The notes beneath the pieces were generated by a model that made no database searches, was not told the DNA's origin, and saw only the letters and a list, made by a program, of their open reading frames with translations. Positions 18,465 through 28,211 of a stretch of DNA of 64,000 nt are shown here, piece by piece (positions within the stretch are counted from its first letter, which is position 1; every line of letters starts with the position of its first letter). Position numbers and translations under genes: made by a program. The stretch lies in NCBI GenBank assembly GCA_963713095.1, contig CAVQKK010000009.1, positions 106,846-170,845 on the forward strand, written 5' to 3'. Source of the DNA: an uncultured Chloroflexia bacterium (GTDB taxonomy: Bacteria > Chloroflexota > Limnocylindria > Limnocylindrales > CSP1-4).

Positions 18465-19055
18465 ATGACCACCAGACGCGTGTCCTGGCGTCGCGCCGAC
18501 GATTCGCCGGCGGACGAGCATTGCACGATCACGGTCCGCGACGCGGGGCTGTCACTCGTCGGCACGGTGCTTGGTGCGGAGAACGGCGTTCCGGTTCGGA
18601 CCGAGTACCGCATCCTCGCCGACGGTGCCGGCGCCACAACCGCCGTCCACGTACGCGACCTGCGCGGCTTCGTCCAACGGACGCTCGCGCTGGCCCGTGA
18701 TGCCAAGGGCAACTGGACCGTCGATGGCGTTCCCGATCGGGCGCTCAAGGGTTGCACGGACGTCGATCTCGGCTGTAGCCCGTCCACCAACACGCTTCCG
18801 ATCCGGCGACTGCATCTCGGCATCGGGCGCTCGCGCACGATCCATGCGGCCTGGGTTCGCTTTCCGGACCTGACGGTCGAGAAGAGCGACCAGACCTACG
18901 CTCGCATCGATGAGGTGACCTACCGCTACTCGAGCGGAACCTGCGAGGCGGAGCTGATCGTGGACGCCGACGGGATCGTCGCGAGGTACGCCGAATGGGA
19001 GCGAACCGGCACCGCCGACGGACCGGACGACACGGCCCCACTCGACGCCAGATAG
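18465..19055 (+). CDS. Putative glycolipid-binding domain protein (DUF1089-like)
   Basis: VSWRR...DEHCTI......YRI..D....T..V.....RTLAL....GNWTVDG pattern. The family assignment is from memory, with moderate certainty. Confidence 0.5.
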   Translation: MTTRRVSWRRADDSPADEHCTITVRDAGLSLVGTVLGAENGVPVRTEYRILADGAGATTAVHVRDLRGFVQRTLALARDAKGNWTVDGVPDRALKGCTDVDLGCSPSTNTLPIRRLHLGIGRSRTIHAAWVRFPDLTVEKSDQTYARIDEVTYRYSSGTCEAELIVDADGIVARYAEWERTGTADGPDDTAPLDAR

Positions 19056-19110
19056 GCGCGCCTCTGGCACGAGCGGTTCGGATCCGCCCTGCGGAAGTAG
19101 GATCAGGACG

Positions 19111-19212
19111 ATGCCGCACTCGTGGATCATCACCGCCGCTGTGCTGCTCGGACGCGTCCTGCTCGCGGGCGCCATCCTGGTCGTGGGTGCCGCGATCGCC
19201 ACCCGGCGCTGA
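19111..19212 (+). CDS. Candidate 33-aa single-TM micro-protein
   Basis: ATG..TGA gives MPHSWIITAAVLLGRVLLAGAILVVGAAIATRR. Third codon positions are almost all G/C. AGGA shortly upstream. Too short for the ORF track. Confidence 0.4.
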   Translation: MPHSWIITAAVLLGRVLLAGAILVVGAAIATRR

Positions 19213-19338
19213 CGGCGCGCCCGACGCCGGAGACCTGATCGGGCACATCGCGGCCGACCCACCGCTGAGGCTTTGCCGGCGATCCCCGCTATCCTCGGAC
19301 TGCCACGCCCGGGCCTGAGGAGTCGAAGGGAGGTGCCC

Positions 19339-21564
19339 GTGGGCAGTGACGCCGACGCTCACGGGAGCGCGACGGCCATGGGTTCGGACGCGATTGCGAC
19401 GAGCCTCGCGATCGCCGCCGGTCACGGGTCGGAAGACGCGGCGACACCACCGGCACCCGTCGAGGCCGCTCCCTGGCCCGGCCGCCCGTATCCGCTCGGC
19501 GCCACGTTCGATGGCGCGGGCACCAACTTCGCGCTGTTCTCCGAGGTCGCCGAGCGGGTGGAGCTGTGCCTATTCGACGCGCAGGGACGCGAGACTCGCC
19601 ACGCCCTGCCTGAGACGACCGGGCACGTGTGGCACGGGTACCTGGCGACCGTCACGCCCGGCCAGCGCTACGGCTACCGGGTCCACGGGCCGTGGTCACC
19701 GACCCACGGTCAGCGCTGCAATCCTGCGAAGCTGCTGCTCGACCCCTATGCCAAGGCGATCGAGGGGGCGGTGGCGTGGCATCCTGCCTGCTATCCGTAC
19801 CGGCCGGGGCATCCGGATCGGCGGGACGACCGCGACAGCGCCCGCTACGTGCAGCGGTCGGTGGTGATCAACCCGTTCTTCGACTGGTCCGAGGACCATG
19901 CCCCGCGCCGCTCGCTGCACGAGAACGTGATCTACGAGGTGCACGTCAGGGGCTTCACGATGGCCCACCCCGGGATCCCGGATGGCCTGCGTGGCACCTA
20001 CGCGGGTCTCGCCCATCCGGCGGCGATCCAGCACCTCACCGAGCTCGGGGTCACGGCGATCGAGCTGATGCCGGTCCACCAGTTCGTCCACGAGCAGACG
20101 CTCATCGACCGCGGGCTGCGCAACTACTGGGGCTACAGTTCGATTGGCTTCCTCGCGCCGCACAACGAGTACGCGAGCACCGGCCAGGCCGGCGACCAGG
20201 TCGGCGAGTTCAAGGCGATGGTCCGATCGCTCCACCAGGCTGGGATCGAGGTGATCCTGGACGTGGTCTACAACCACACGGCCGAGGGCAACCACCTGGG
20301 CCCGATGCTTGCCTTCAAGGGGATCGACAACGAGGCCTACTACCGGCTGACCGACGACCGCCGCTTCTACATGGACTACACGGGTACCGGCAACAGCCTC
20401 AACGTCCGTCACCCGCACGTGCTCCAGCTGATCATGGACAGCCTCCGGTACTGGGTGCTCGAGATGCACGTGGACGGTTTCCGGTTCGACCTCGCCTCGA
20501 CCCTTGCCCGGGAGCTCCACGACGTCGACCGGCTGTCGGCGTTCTTCGATCTCATCCACCAGGACCCGGTCATCAGCCAGGTGAAGCTGATCGCGGAGCC
20601 GTGGGACGTGGGCGAAGGCGGCTACCAGGTGGGCAACTTCCCCGTGCTGTGGTCCGAGTGGAACGGACGCTACCGGGACACCGCGAGAGACTTCTGGCGC
20701 GGCGAGCCCGGTGCGATGGCCGATTTCGCCTATCGGCTGACCGGCAGCTCGGATCTCTATGAGGGCACCGGGCGCCGGCCGTACGCGAGCATCAACTTCA
20801 TCACCGCCCATGATGGGTTCACCCTCGCCGACCTCGTTTCGTACAACGAGAAGCACAACGAGGCGAACGGCGAGGGCGACGGCGACGGCGAATCGCACAA
20901 CCGGTCGTGGAACTGCGGCGCGGAGGGACCCACCGACGACCCGGGAGTCCTCGCGTTACGGCGTCGACAGCGCCGGAACCTGTTGGCCACGATGTTCCTG
21001 TCGCAGGGCGTGCCGATGCTGCTGGGTGGCGACGAGCTCGGCCGGAGCCAGGACGGCAACAACAACGCCTACTGCCAGGACGGCCCGATCTCCTGGTACG
21101 ACTGGGCCCACGCCGACGGGTCGTTCCTCGAGTTCACGACCCGGCTCATCGCGTTCCGGCGCGAGCATCCCGTGTTCCTTCGGCGCCGCTTCTTCCAGGG
21201 CCAGCCGATCCACGGCTCGGACCTCGTCGACATCGAGTGGTTCACGACCGACGGGATCGAGATGGCCGAGGACGACTGGGGCGAGGGCCAGGTGCGCGAC
21301 CTCGGGGTGCTGCTCTCGGGCGACGCGATCCCGTCGCGCGACGAGCGCGGCGAGCCCATCCGCGACGACACCTTCTATCTCGTGTTCAACGCCCGCGCCG
21401 AGGACATCGACGCGACCCTTCCGGCCGATCGCGGAGAGCGCTGGAAGATCGTGCTGGACACGGCGACCGACGATGCCTTCCCGGAGGACGGCGCCGAGTT
21501 GACGCCCGGGGACGCGGTCCCCGCCGTGGCGCGCTCGATCGTGGTCCTCCAGCAGGTGGCATAG
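19339..21564 (+). CDS. glgX: Glycogen debranching enzyme GlgX
   Basis: [20 protein letters not shown]..., GH13 motifs (DVVYNHT, GFRFDLA, EPWD). GGGAGG SD before GTG 19339. Confidence 0.92.
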   Translation: MGSDADAHGSATAMGSDAIATSLAIAAGHGSEDAATPPAPVEAAPWPGRPYPLGATFDGAGTNFALFSEVAERVELCLFDAQGRETRHALPETTGHVWHGYLATVTPGQRYGYRVHGPWSPTHGQRCNPAKLLLDPYAKAIEGAVAWHPACYPYRPGHPDRRDDRDSARYVQRSVVINPFFDWSEDHAPRRSLHENVIYEVHVRGFTMAHPGIPDGLRGTYAGLAHPAAIQHLTELGVTAIELMPVHQFVHEQTLIDRGLRNYWGYSSIGFLAPHNEYASTGQAGDQVGEFKAMVRSLHQAGIEVILDVVYNHTAEGNHLGPMLAFKGIDNEAYYRLTDDRRFYMDYTGTGNSLNVRHPHVLQLIMDSLRYWVLEMHVDGFRFDLASTLARELHDVDRLSAFFDLIHQDPVISQVKLIAEPWDVGEGGYQVGNFPVLWSEWNGRYRDTARDFWRGEPGAMADFAYRLTGSSDLYEGTGRRPYASINFITAHDGFTLADLVSYNEKHNEANGEGDGDGESHNRSWNCGAEGPTDDPGVLALRRRQRRNLLATMFLSQGVPMLLGGDELGRSQDGNNNAYCQDGPISWYDWAHADGSFLEFTTRLIAFRREHPVFLRRRFFQGQPIHGSDLVDIEWFTTDGIEMAEDDWGEGQVRDLGVLLSGDAIPSRDERGEPIRDDTFYLVFNARAEDIDATLPADRGERWKIVLDTATDDAFPEDGAELTPGDAVPAVARSIVVLQQVA

Positions 21565-21567
21565 CTG

Positions 21568-24369
21568 ATGACGGAGCCCCGTCCAACGGCCGAGCCCCGT
21601 CCGACCGTCGGGCCGCAACACGTCCCGGCAACCGTCCCGGCCGCCGGCCCACGTCGTGTCGATCCGCGGGCCACATACCGGCTTCAGCTCACCCCCTCGT
21701 TCACCTTCGACCACGCCGCCGCGATGGCGCCCTATCTCCAGGCTTTGGGCATCAGCCACGTGTATGCCTCGCCCTACCTGCGGGCCATGCCCGGCAGCCA
21801 GCACGGTTACGACGTGGTGGATCCCCGCCAGGTCAACCCGGAGCTGGGCGGCGAGGAGGGCCACGCCCGGTTCTGCGCCGCGCTCGGCGGTCACGACCTG
21901 GGCCAGATCCTCGACGTGGTCCCGAACCACATGGCGATCGGGCCCCAGAACCCGTGGTGGTGGGATGTCCTTGAGAACGGACCGGCCAGCCGATGGGCGA
22001 TGACGTTTGACGTCGACTGGGCGCATCCCGAGCCACACCTGCGGGAGCGAGTCCTGCTCCCGGTGCTGGAGGATCACTACGGCCGCGTGTTGGAGGCCGG
22101 CGACCTGCGGCTCGCCTGGGACGGGCAGCGGTTCACGATCCGCTACCACGACCAGCGATACCCGGTCGCGCCGCGCAGCCTCGACGAGCTCCTGTCGCTG
22201 GCGGCGGAACGGGCGGAATCCGCGGAGCTTGCCTTCCTCGCCGACGCGTTCGGAGCCCTTCCCCGGTCCACGGTGGTCGACCCGGCCATGCGGGAGCGAC
22301 GCCACCGGGACAAGGAGGTCCTCGAGGAGCGGGTCGCCGTGCTCGCCGCCGATGAGCCCAGGGTGGCCGAGGCGATCGAGGCGGCCGTGGCCGCGACCAA
22401 TGCCGACGTCGAGGTCCTGGACCCGATGCTGGAGCGCCAGAACTACCGGCTCGCCTGGTGGCGCTCGGCGCGCCGCGACCTCGGCTATCGGCGCTTCTTC
22501 GACGTCACCACGCTGGTAGGGCTGCGGATCGAGGACCCGAGGGTGTTCGCAGAGACCCAGGCGTTGATCCTCGAGTGGCTCGCGGCGGGCGTGCTCGACG
22601 GGCTCCGCGTGGATCACCCCGACGGTCTGCTCGATCCGGAGGGCTACCTTCGCCGCCTGCGGTGGGCGAGTCCCCGGGCGTGGATCGTGGTCGAGAAGAT
22701 CCTGGAGCCGGGCGAGGACCTGCGCCGGAGCTGGCCGGTGGCCGGCACCAGCGGGTACGACTTCCTGAACCGGGTGAACGGGCTGTTCGTGGATCCGGCG
22801 GGCGAGGCGGCGATGACTGCCCTGCGCGCCGAGGTCACCGGTGAGACACGCTCATTCGCCGAGATCGCACGGGAGTCCAAGCAGGCGGTCCTCGACGAGG
22901 CGCTGGGCTCCGAGCTGGGGCGGCTCACCGCGCTGATGCTTGACGTGCTCGAGCGCCTTCGCCGGCACCGCGACCATACCCGCCATGATCTGCACGAGGC
23001 GCTCCGCGCCATGCTCGTTGCCTTCCCCGTCTACCGCACCTACGTTCGGGTGGAGGTCTCCGACGATGGCCGCCGTGTCGCCCAGGTCGCGCCTGAGGAC
23101 GAGGCGGTCGTCATGGAGGCGGTCGGGACGGCGAAGGAGCTCCGGCCCGACCTGCCGGCCGACCTGTTCGACATCCTGGGCGACCTGTTGCTCCTGCGCC
23201 GGCCGGGCGACGAGCTCGAGGAGGAGCTCGCGCTCCGATTTCAGCAGCTGACCGGACCCGTGATGGCGAAGGGTCTCGAGGACACGGCCTTCTACCGCGA
23301 CCTCCGGTTGATCGCGCTGAACGAGGTGGGCGGCGACCCCGGGACGTTCGGGATCGGCCCCGCCGAGTTCCACGAGGCCAGCCGGCTGGCCCAGGAGCGC
23401 TGGCCCCTGGGCATGCTCACGACATCAACCCATGACACGAAGCGGAGCGAGGACGTCCGGGCCCGCCTGGACGTGCTTTCGGAGATCCCCGGGGAGTGGG
23501 CGGGCGCGGTCGCCACCTGGCGCGGACTGGCCCGGCGGCGTCGCAAGGCTCCCGGGCCCGACGGTCATGCCGAGTACCTGCTGTACCAGACGCTGGTCGG
23601 AGCGTGGCCGATCGGGATGGACCGCATCGGACCGTATCTCACCAAGGCCCTGCGCGAGGCGAAGCTCCGGACCTCATGGGCGAGCCCCGACGAGGCGTAC
23701 GAGCACGCGGTCATCGAGTTTTCCGACCGCCTGCTGGGCGATGAAGCGATTCGGGCCTCGATCGAGGCGTTCGTCGCCCGCATCCTGCGCCCCGGCCGGG
23801 TCAACGCCCTGGCCCAGATGCTGGTCAAGCTCACGGCCCCCGGTGTCCCCGACATCTACCAGGGCACGGACCTGTGGGACCTGAGCCTGGTCGATCCCGA
23901 CAATCGGCGACCGGTCGACGTGGCGCTGCGGCGCCGCGTGCTCGCCGAGCTCATGGGAGCGAGTGCGCCCACTCCCGAGACGCTCGCCGCGCGGCTCGAT
24001 GATCCCGGCGAGCCGGGATCGCCGAAGATGGCCGTTCTCCGCGCGGCGCTGGCCGTACGAGCACGTCGTCCGGAGGCATTTGGCGAGGGTGCCACGTACG
24101 ACCCGATCGTGGTCTCGGGCTCGAAGGCCGACCACGTCGTCGCCTTCATGCGCTCGGCGCAGGTGGCGACGGTCGTGCCGCGGCTTACGGTGCGCCTGGC
24201 CGGTGATTGGAGCGACGCGAAGCTGGCGCTGCCACCCGGCCGCTGGCGCAACCAGCTGACCGGCGGGTCGTTCTCCGTTCGGGGTGGCGCGAAGGGCGGC
24301 GGCGTGGCCGTGGCCAGGCTGCTCGCCGAGTTCCCGGTCGCGTTGCTGGTCCGGGATCAGCGGGCGTGA
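21568..24369 (+). CDS. treY: Malto-oligosyltrehalose synthase TreY
   Basis: ATYRLQLTPSFTFDHAAAMAPYLQALGISHVYASPYL..., GLRVDHPDGL. Follows glgX. Confidence 0.92.
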   Translation: MTEPRPTAEPRPTVGPQHVPATVPAAGPRRVDPRATYRLQLTPSFTFDHAAAMAPYLQALGISHVYASPYLRAMPGSQHGYDVVDPRQVNPELGGEEGHARFCAALGGHDLGQILDVVPNHMAIGPQNPWWWDVLENGPASRWAMTFDVDWAHPEPHLRERVLLPVLEDHYGRVLEAGDLRLAWDGQRFTIRYHDQRYPVAPRSLDELLSLAAERAESAELAFLADAFGALPRSTVVDPAMRERRHRDKEVLEERVAVLAADEPRVAEAIEAAVAATNADVEVLDPMLERQNYRLAWWRSARRDLGYRRFFDVTTLVGLRIEDPRVFAETQALILEWLAAGVLDGLRVDHPDGLLDPEGYLRRLRWASPRAWIVVEKILEPGEDLRRSWPVAGTSGYDFLNRVNGLFVDPAGEAAMTALRAEVTGETRSFAEIARESKQAVLDEALGSELGRLTALMLDVLERLRRHRDHTRHDLHEALRAMLVAFPVYRTYVRVEVSDDGRRVAQVAPEDEAVVMEAVGTAKELRPDLPADLFDILGDLLLLRRPGDELEEELALRFQQLTGPVMAKGLEDTAFYRDLRLIALNEVGGDPGTFGIGPAEFHEASRLAQERWPLGMLTTSTHDTKRSEDVRARLDVLSEIPGEWAGAVATWRGLARRRRKAPGPDGHAEYLLYQTLVGAWPIGMDRIGPYLTKALREAKLRTSWASPDEAYEHAVIEFSDRLLGDEAIRASIEAFVARILRPGRVNALAQMLVKLTAPGVPDIYQGTDLWDLSLVDPDNRRPVDVALRRRVLAELMGASAPTPETLAARLDDPGEPGSPKMAVLRAALAVRARRPEAFGEGATYDPIVVSGSKADHVVAFMRSAQVATVVPRLTVRLAGDWSDAKLALPPGRWRNQLTGGSFSVRGGAKGGGVAVARLLAEFPVALLVRDQRA

Positions 24370-26144
24370 CCCGCTTCCGCGTGTGGGCCCCGCGGCCCGA
24401 GCGTGTGGAGCTCGCGATCGTGCGCACCGGGGTGACGGGCGACGCTCCGGGTCCGCCCTTTCCCCGGCTGCCGATGACCCGGAGCGACGGTGGCTGGTGG
24501 ACCGTGGAGGTCGAGGATGCCGGAGCCGGCAACGGCTTCGACTACGGCTTCGTGCTCGACGGCCAGGGCCCGTTTCCGGATCCCCGCTCGCCGTGGCAGC
24601 CCGAGGGCGTCCACGGCCTGTCGCGGACGGTGGATCATGCTGCCTTCGCCTGGTCCGACGCCGGCTGGTCGCCGCCGCCGCTCGAGCGCTCCGTGATCTA
24701 CGAGCTCCATGTGGGGACGTTCAGCGCGGCCGGCACGTTCGCCGCCGCGATCGACCACCTGGACCACCTGGTCGAGGTCGGCATCACCCACGTGGAGCTG
24801 ATGCCCGTTGTCGAGTTCCCCGGCACGCGCGGCTGGGGCTACGACGGCGTCGATCTGTACGCGCCCCACCACGCGTACGGCGGGCCCGACGACCTGAAGT
24901 GGCTCGTCGATGCCTGCCATCGACGCGGCCTGGCGGTCCTGATCGACGTCGTGTGGAACCACCTCGGGCCGGACGGAAACTACCTCGACCGGTTCGGGCC
25001 GTACTTCAGCGACCGCTACAACACGCCGTGGGGCGCTGCCGTCAACTTCGATGCCGCCGGCTCGGACGAGGTCCGGGCGTTCGTCGTCGACAATGCCCGG
25101 CTGTGGCTCGAGGACTATCACGCTGACGGCCTCCGGATCGACGCGGTCCACGCGATCTTCGACCAGTCCGCAACGACGATCCTGGAGGCAGTCGCGGACT
25201 CGATCCACGCGCTCGGCGAGCGGTTGGGACGCCGGCTCGTCGCGATCGCCGAGAGCGACCTCAACGATCCGCGACTGGTGCGCGACGTGGCCCACGGCGG
25301 CTACGGGCTCGACGCGCAGTGGAACGACGACTTCCGGCACGCGCTCCACGTCGCGCTCACGGGCGAGGCCGACGGCTATCACGCGCAGTACGACGGCCTC
25401 GGCGACCTCGCAAAGGCGCTGCGCCGGGTGTTCGTGTTCGACGGTCGCCACTCCGCGTTTCGGGATCGATCGCACGGGCGACCGGTGGATGACCTGCCGA
25501 CGACGCGGTTCGTCGGGTTCCTCCAGAATCACGACCAGGTCGGCAACCGCGCGCTGGGCGAGCGAATCGGCCACCTCGTCCCACCCGAGGCGCTCAGGGC
25601 TGCGGCGGCGATCGTGCTGACGGGGCCGTTCGTGCCGCTCCTGTTCGCCGGCGAGGAGTGGGCCGCCTCGAGCCCGTTCCTGTACTTCACCGATCACGAG
25701 GACGAGGCGCTCGCGGCCGCGGTTCGAGAGGGCCGCCGGCAGCAGTTCTCGGAGCTGCACCGCGACGGCATCGAGGTTCCCGACCCTCAGGCCCCGGCTA
25801 CCTTCGATCGATCCCGCCTCGACTGGGCGGAGCGTGCCGACGAGCCGCACGCCTCGATGCTGGACTGGTATCGCGAGCTGATCGCCTTCCGGGCTGCTCA
25901 CCCGGCGCTGTGCGACGGCACGCGCCCGTCGGTCGCCGTTGACGTCACCGCCGGCTGGATCGTCGTAGCCAAGGGCTCGCTGGCGACGGTCGCGAACCTG
26001 GGCCCAGGGACCCGGCGGGTGCCGCTCGATGGCTCCAATGGGTCATGGCGCGTGGCGCTCGCCTCGGCTCCTGGCGTCGTGGTCGCCGCTCATGGGATCA
26101 AGCTGCCCGGCTGGTCTGCCGCCGTGGTCGAGGCCAGCGGCTGA
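24366..26144 (+). CDS. treZ: Malto-oligosyltrehalose trehalohydrolase TreZ
   Basis: VTRFRVWAP..., DVVWNHLGP, GLRIDAVHA, AESDLND. GTGA overlap with treY. Confidence 0.92.
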   Translation: MTRFRVWAPRPERVELAIVRTGVTGDAPGPPFPRLPMTRSDGGWWTVEVEDAGAGNGFDYGFVLDGQGPFPDPRSPWQPEGVHGLSRTVDHAAFAWSDAGWSPPPLERSVIYELHVGTFSAAGTFAAAIDHLDHLVEVGITHVELMPVVEFPGTRGWGYDGVDLYAPHHAYGGPDDLKWLVDACHRRGLAVLIDVVWNHLGPDGNYLDRFGPYFSDRYNTPWGAAVNFDAAGSDEVRAFVVDNARLWLEDYHADGLRIDAVHAIFDQSATTILEAVADSIHALGERLGRRLVAIAESDLNDPRLVRDVAHGGYGLDAQWNDDFRHALHVALTGEADGYHAQYDGLGDLAKALRRVFVFDGRHSAFRDRSHGRPVDDLPTTRFVGFLQNHDQVGNRALGERIGHLVPPEALRAAAAIVLTGPFVPLLFAGEEWAASSPFLYFTDHEDEALAAAVREGRRQQFSELHRDGIEVPDPQAPATFDRSRLDWAERADEPHASMLDWYRELIAFRAAHPALCDGTRPSVAVDVTAGWIVVAKGSLATVANLGPGTRRVPLDGSNGSWRVALASAPGVVVAAHGIKLPGWSAAVVEASG

Positions 26145-26192
26145 ATCGTCGGCGGCGTGAGGTGGCTTCGACCCGTCAACGCGGGCCGCGGG

Positions 26193-27509
26193 TCAGGAAC
26201 CGGATGCCGCTGAAGGATCCGCGATCCGTCCCAGGAACAGGATCGCGCCCGTCTCAACGTCGCGCAGCGCGAACAGGAACGGGCGATCGACCGTGAGCGA
26301 GACGGGCTCCGCGGCCATCCCCGCGGCCATGATCACCGCCGTCGCCGCAGCTGCCTCGGTGCCAGCCTCGTCGACGTCGATGTTCGCCTGGTGCACGACG
26401 GCCGAGATGTCGAGCGCCTCCTGCGTCGTGATGCCGCTGAAGTCGGCCGCAGCCGTGAACGCGGTCGGCATGCCGAGCGCCGCCAGGATCTCGCCCAGCC
26501 CGGCCTGCGTCTGGGCGCTGAACTTCGGCAGGCCGAGATTGACCTCGGCCGGTGCGAGGCCGTTCACGATGCCGGCCAGCCGCTGCGCGTCGAGGGTGCC
26601 GGAGAAGGCGGCGAGATCGTCGGGGACGATCACGAGCATGGCCAGCTTGCCGCCAACGTACGGGAGCTCGACGGCGTGCCAGCCATCCCCCGACGCGTAC
26701 GGGTACTGGTCCGCGGTATGCATCATCGGGACGTCCACGCTCGACCCGTCGAGGCGGGTGAACGGCGCCGGTGCCGTTGCGTCCGTTGTGAACGGCAGCT
26801 GCCAGGCGGCCTTGAGGTAGATCGCGTTGACGAGGACGAGCCGGGTCTGCTCGTCGACGGCACCCCGCGCCAGCAGCTCCCGGATCCGCTGCTCGGTCTG
26901 GTCAGCGACCCAGCCGTTGATGAGGTTGCGCGCGCCCTCGGCCGCCCCCTGGTAGTCGACCAGGCGAAGGCCGGCATCGAACCGGGTCGCGAGCGCGTCG
27001 AGGTACGGTTGCTCGAGGGCGAGGCCACGCTGGGCGAAGGTCGCGTTGACGACCCTCAGCGTGACCTGCTGGGGGCTGCCCGTCCGATCGTTGAAGGTGC
27101 CGGTACGCGCATCGAGGGCGGCCCCTATGGACGCGACCCAGGCGGCGTGCTCATCGGACCCAAGGTCGTGCAACACGGAATCCATCTCGGCCGCCGTCCG
27201 GCCCCGGGCCCCAGGTCGTGCCATCGCGAGCGCGAGCGCAACGCTCGCGGGCGAGATCACGATGTTGGCGGCATGGTCGCTTCCGAGCAGTGCCCGATAC
27301 AGATCGAGACCGAAGGCATTGACGGCCGTCCCTGCGCTGACCGCGTTCGCCGCGGTGCCCGGCAGCCGGGGCAGGTTTGCCGCGGCCAGCTCGATACTGC
27401 TCGGCGCGCCGGGCCCAGGGCTCCCGGTGCCGTCCGCAGGTGAACCGCCCGTCGCGACACAGCCGCCGACGAGCACGAGCGCAAGAATCGCTGCTAGGGG
27501 GCGTGTCAT
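26193..27509 (-). CDS. Serpin-family protease inhibitor, predicted lipoprotein
   Basis: Signal peptide plus lipobox LVGGC. Serpin core (NIVISPASVALALAMA...). Hinge/RCL EAGTEAAAATAVIMAAGMAAEP followed by VDRPFLFALRD. Confidence 0.88.
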   Translation of the reverse strand: MTRPLAAILALVLVGGCVATGGSPADGTGSPGPGAPSSIELAAANLPRLPGTAANAVSAGTAVNAFGLDLYRALLGSDHAANIVISPASVALALAMARPGARGRTAAEMDSVLHDLGSDEHAAWVASIGAALDARTGTFNDRTGSPQQVTLRVVNATFAQRGLALEQPYLDALATRFDAGLRLVDYQGAAEGARNLINGWVADQTEQRIRELLARGAVDEQTRLVLVNAIYLKAAWQLPFTTDATAPAPFTRLDGSSVDVPMMHTADQYPYASGDGWHAVELPYVGGKLAMLVIVPDDLAAFSGTLDAQRLAGIVNGLAPAEVNLGLPKFSAQTQAGLGEILAALGMPTAFTAAADFSGITTQEALDISAVVHQANIDVDEAGTEAAAATAVIMAAGMAAEPVSLTVDRPFLFALRDVETGAILFLGRIADPSAASGS

Positions 27510-27602
27510 CGTTCGATCACCTGGTGTGGTCGGGACGGCGGTCTTCGCTCATCGGACGGAGCGGAGCCACCGCCGGTTCCCAGGATCGATACCATCGCCG
27601 CC

Positions 27603-28211
27603 ATGCGCCTGATCCCCTGGGAGGAGGAGCGCCTCCAGATCTTCGCCGCGGCCGAGCTCGCCCGCCGTCGCCGCGCTGCCGGCATCCGCCTCAATCACCC
27701 GGAGGCCGTCGCCCTGATCTGCGACGCGATGCTCGAGGCGGCGCGGGCGGGGGGCGGCTATGCGGAGGTGGAGGCTGCGGGCCAGGCGGCCGTCGATCCG
27801 GGGGAGGTGCTCGACGGCGTCCGCGAGCTGCTCGATGAGGTGCGGCTCGAGGTGCTTCTCGGGGACGGCTCCCGGGTCATGGCGCTGGTCGACCCGCTGG
27901 GACGCGGCTCGCCTGCCGATCGGCTCGGCCCTGGCGCACTGGTCATCGGCGACGACCAGGACGTCGAGCTCAACGAGGAGCGCGATTCGGTCGAGCTGGC
28001 GGTGACCAGCAGCTCAAGGCGCCGGATCCGCGTCTCCTCGCACTTCCCGTTCCACCGTGTTAACCGGCGGCTGGCCTTCGATCGCTCGGCCGCGCGAGGC
28101 TTCCACCTGGACCTGCCGGCGGGCGGCTATGCGGGCTGGGAGCCGGGCGAGACGAAGGTCGTCCGGCTGGTTCGATACGCCGGAGAGCGGGGCGAGGGGA
28201 CGGGACGGTGA
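27603..28211 (+). CDS. ureAB: Urease gamma-beta fusion subunit
   Basis: N-terminal half is UreA-like (MRLIPWEEERLQIFAAAELARRRRAAGIRLNHPEAVALI). C-terminal half is UreB-like (RIRVSSHFPFHRVNRRLAFDRSAARGFHLDLPAG). Confidence 0.88.
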   Translation: MRLIPWEEERLQIFAAAELARRRRAAGIRLNHPEAVALICDAMLEAARAGGGYAEVEAAGQAAVDPGEVLDGVRELLDEVRLEVLLGDGSRVMALVDPLGRGSPADRLGPGALVIGDDQDVELNEERDSVELAVTSSSRRRIRVSSHFPFHRVNRRLAFDRSAARGFHLDLPAGGYAGWEPGETKVVRLVRYAGERGEGTGR

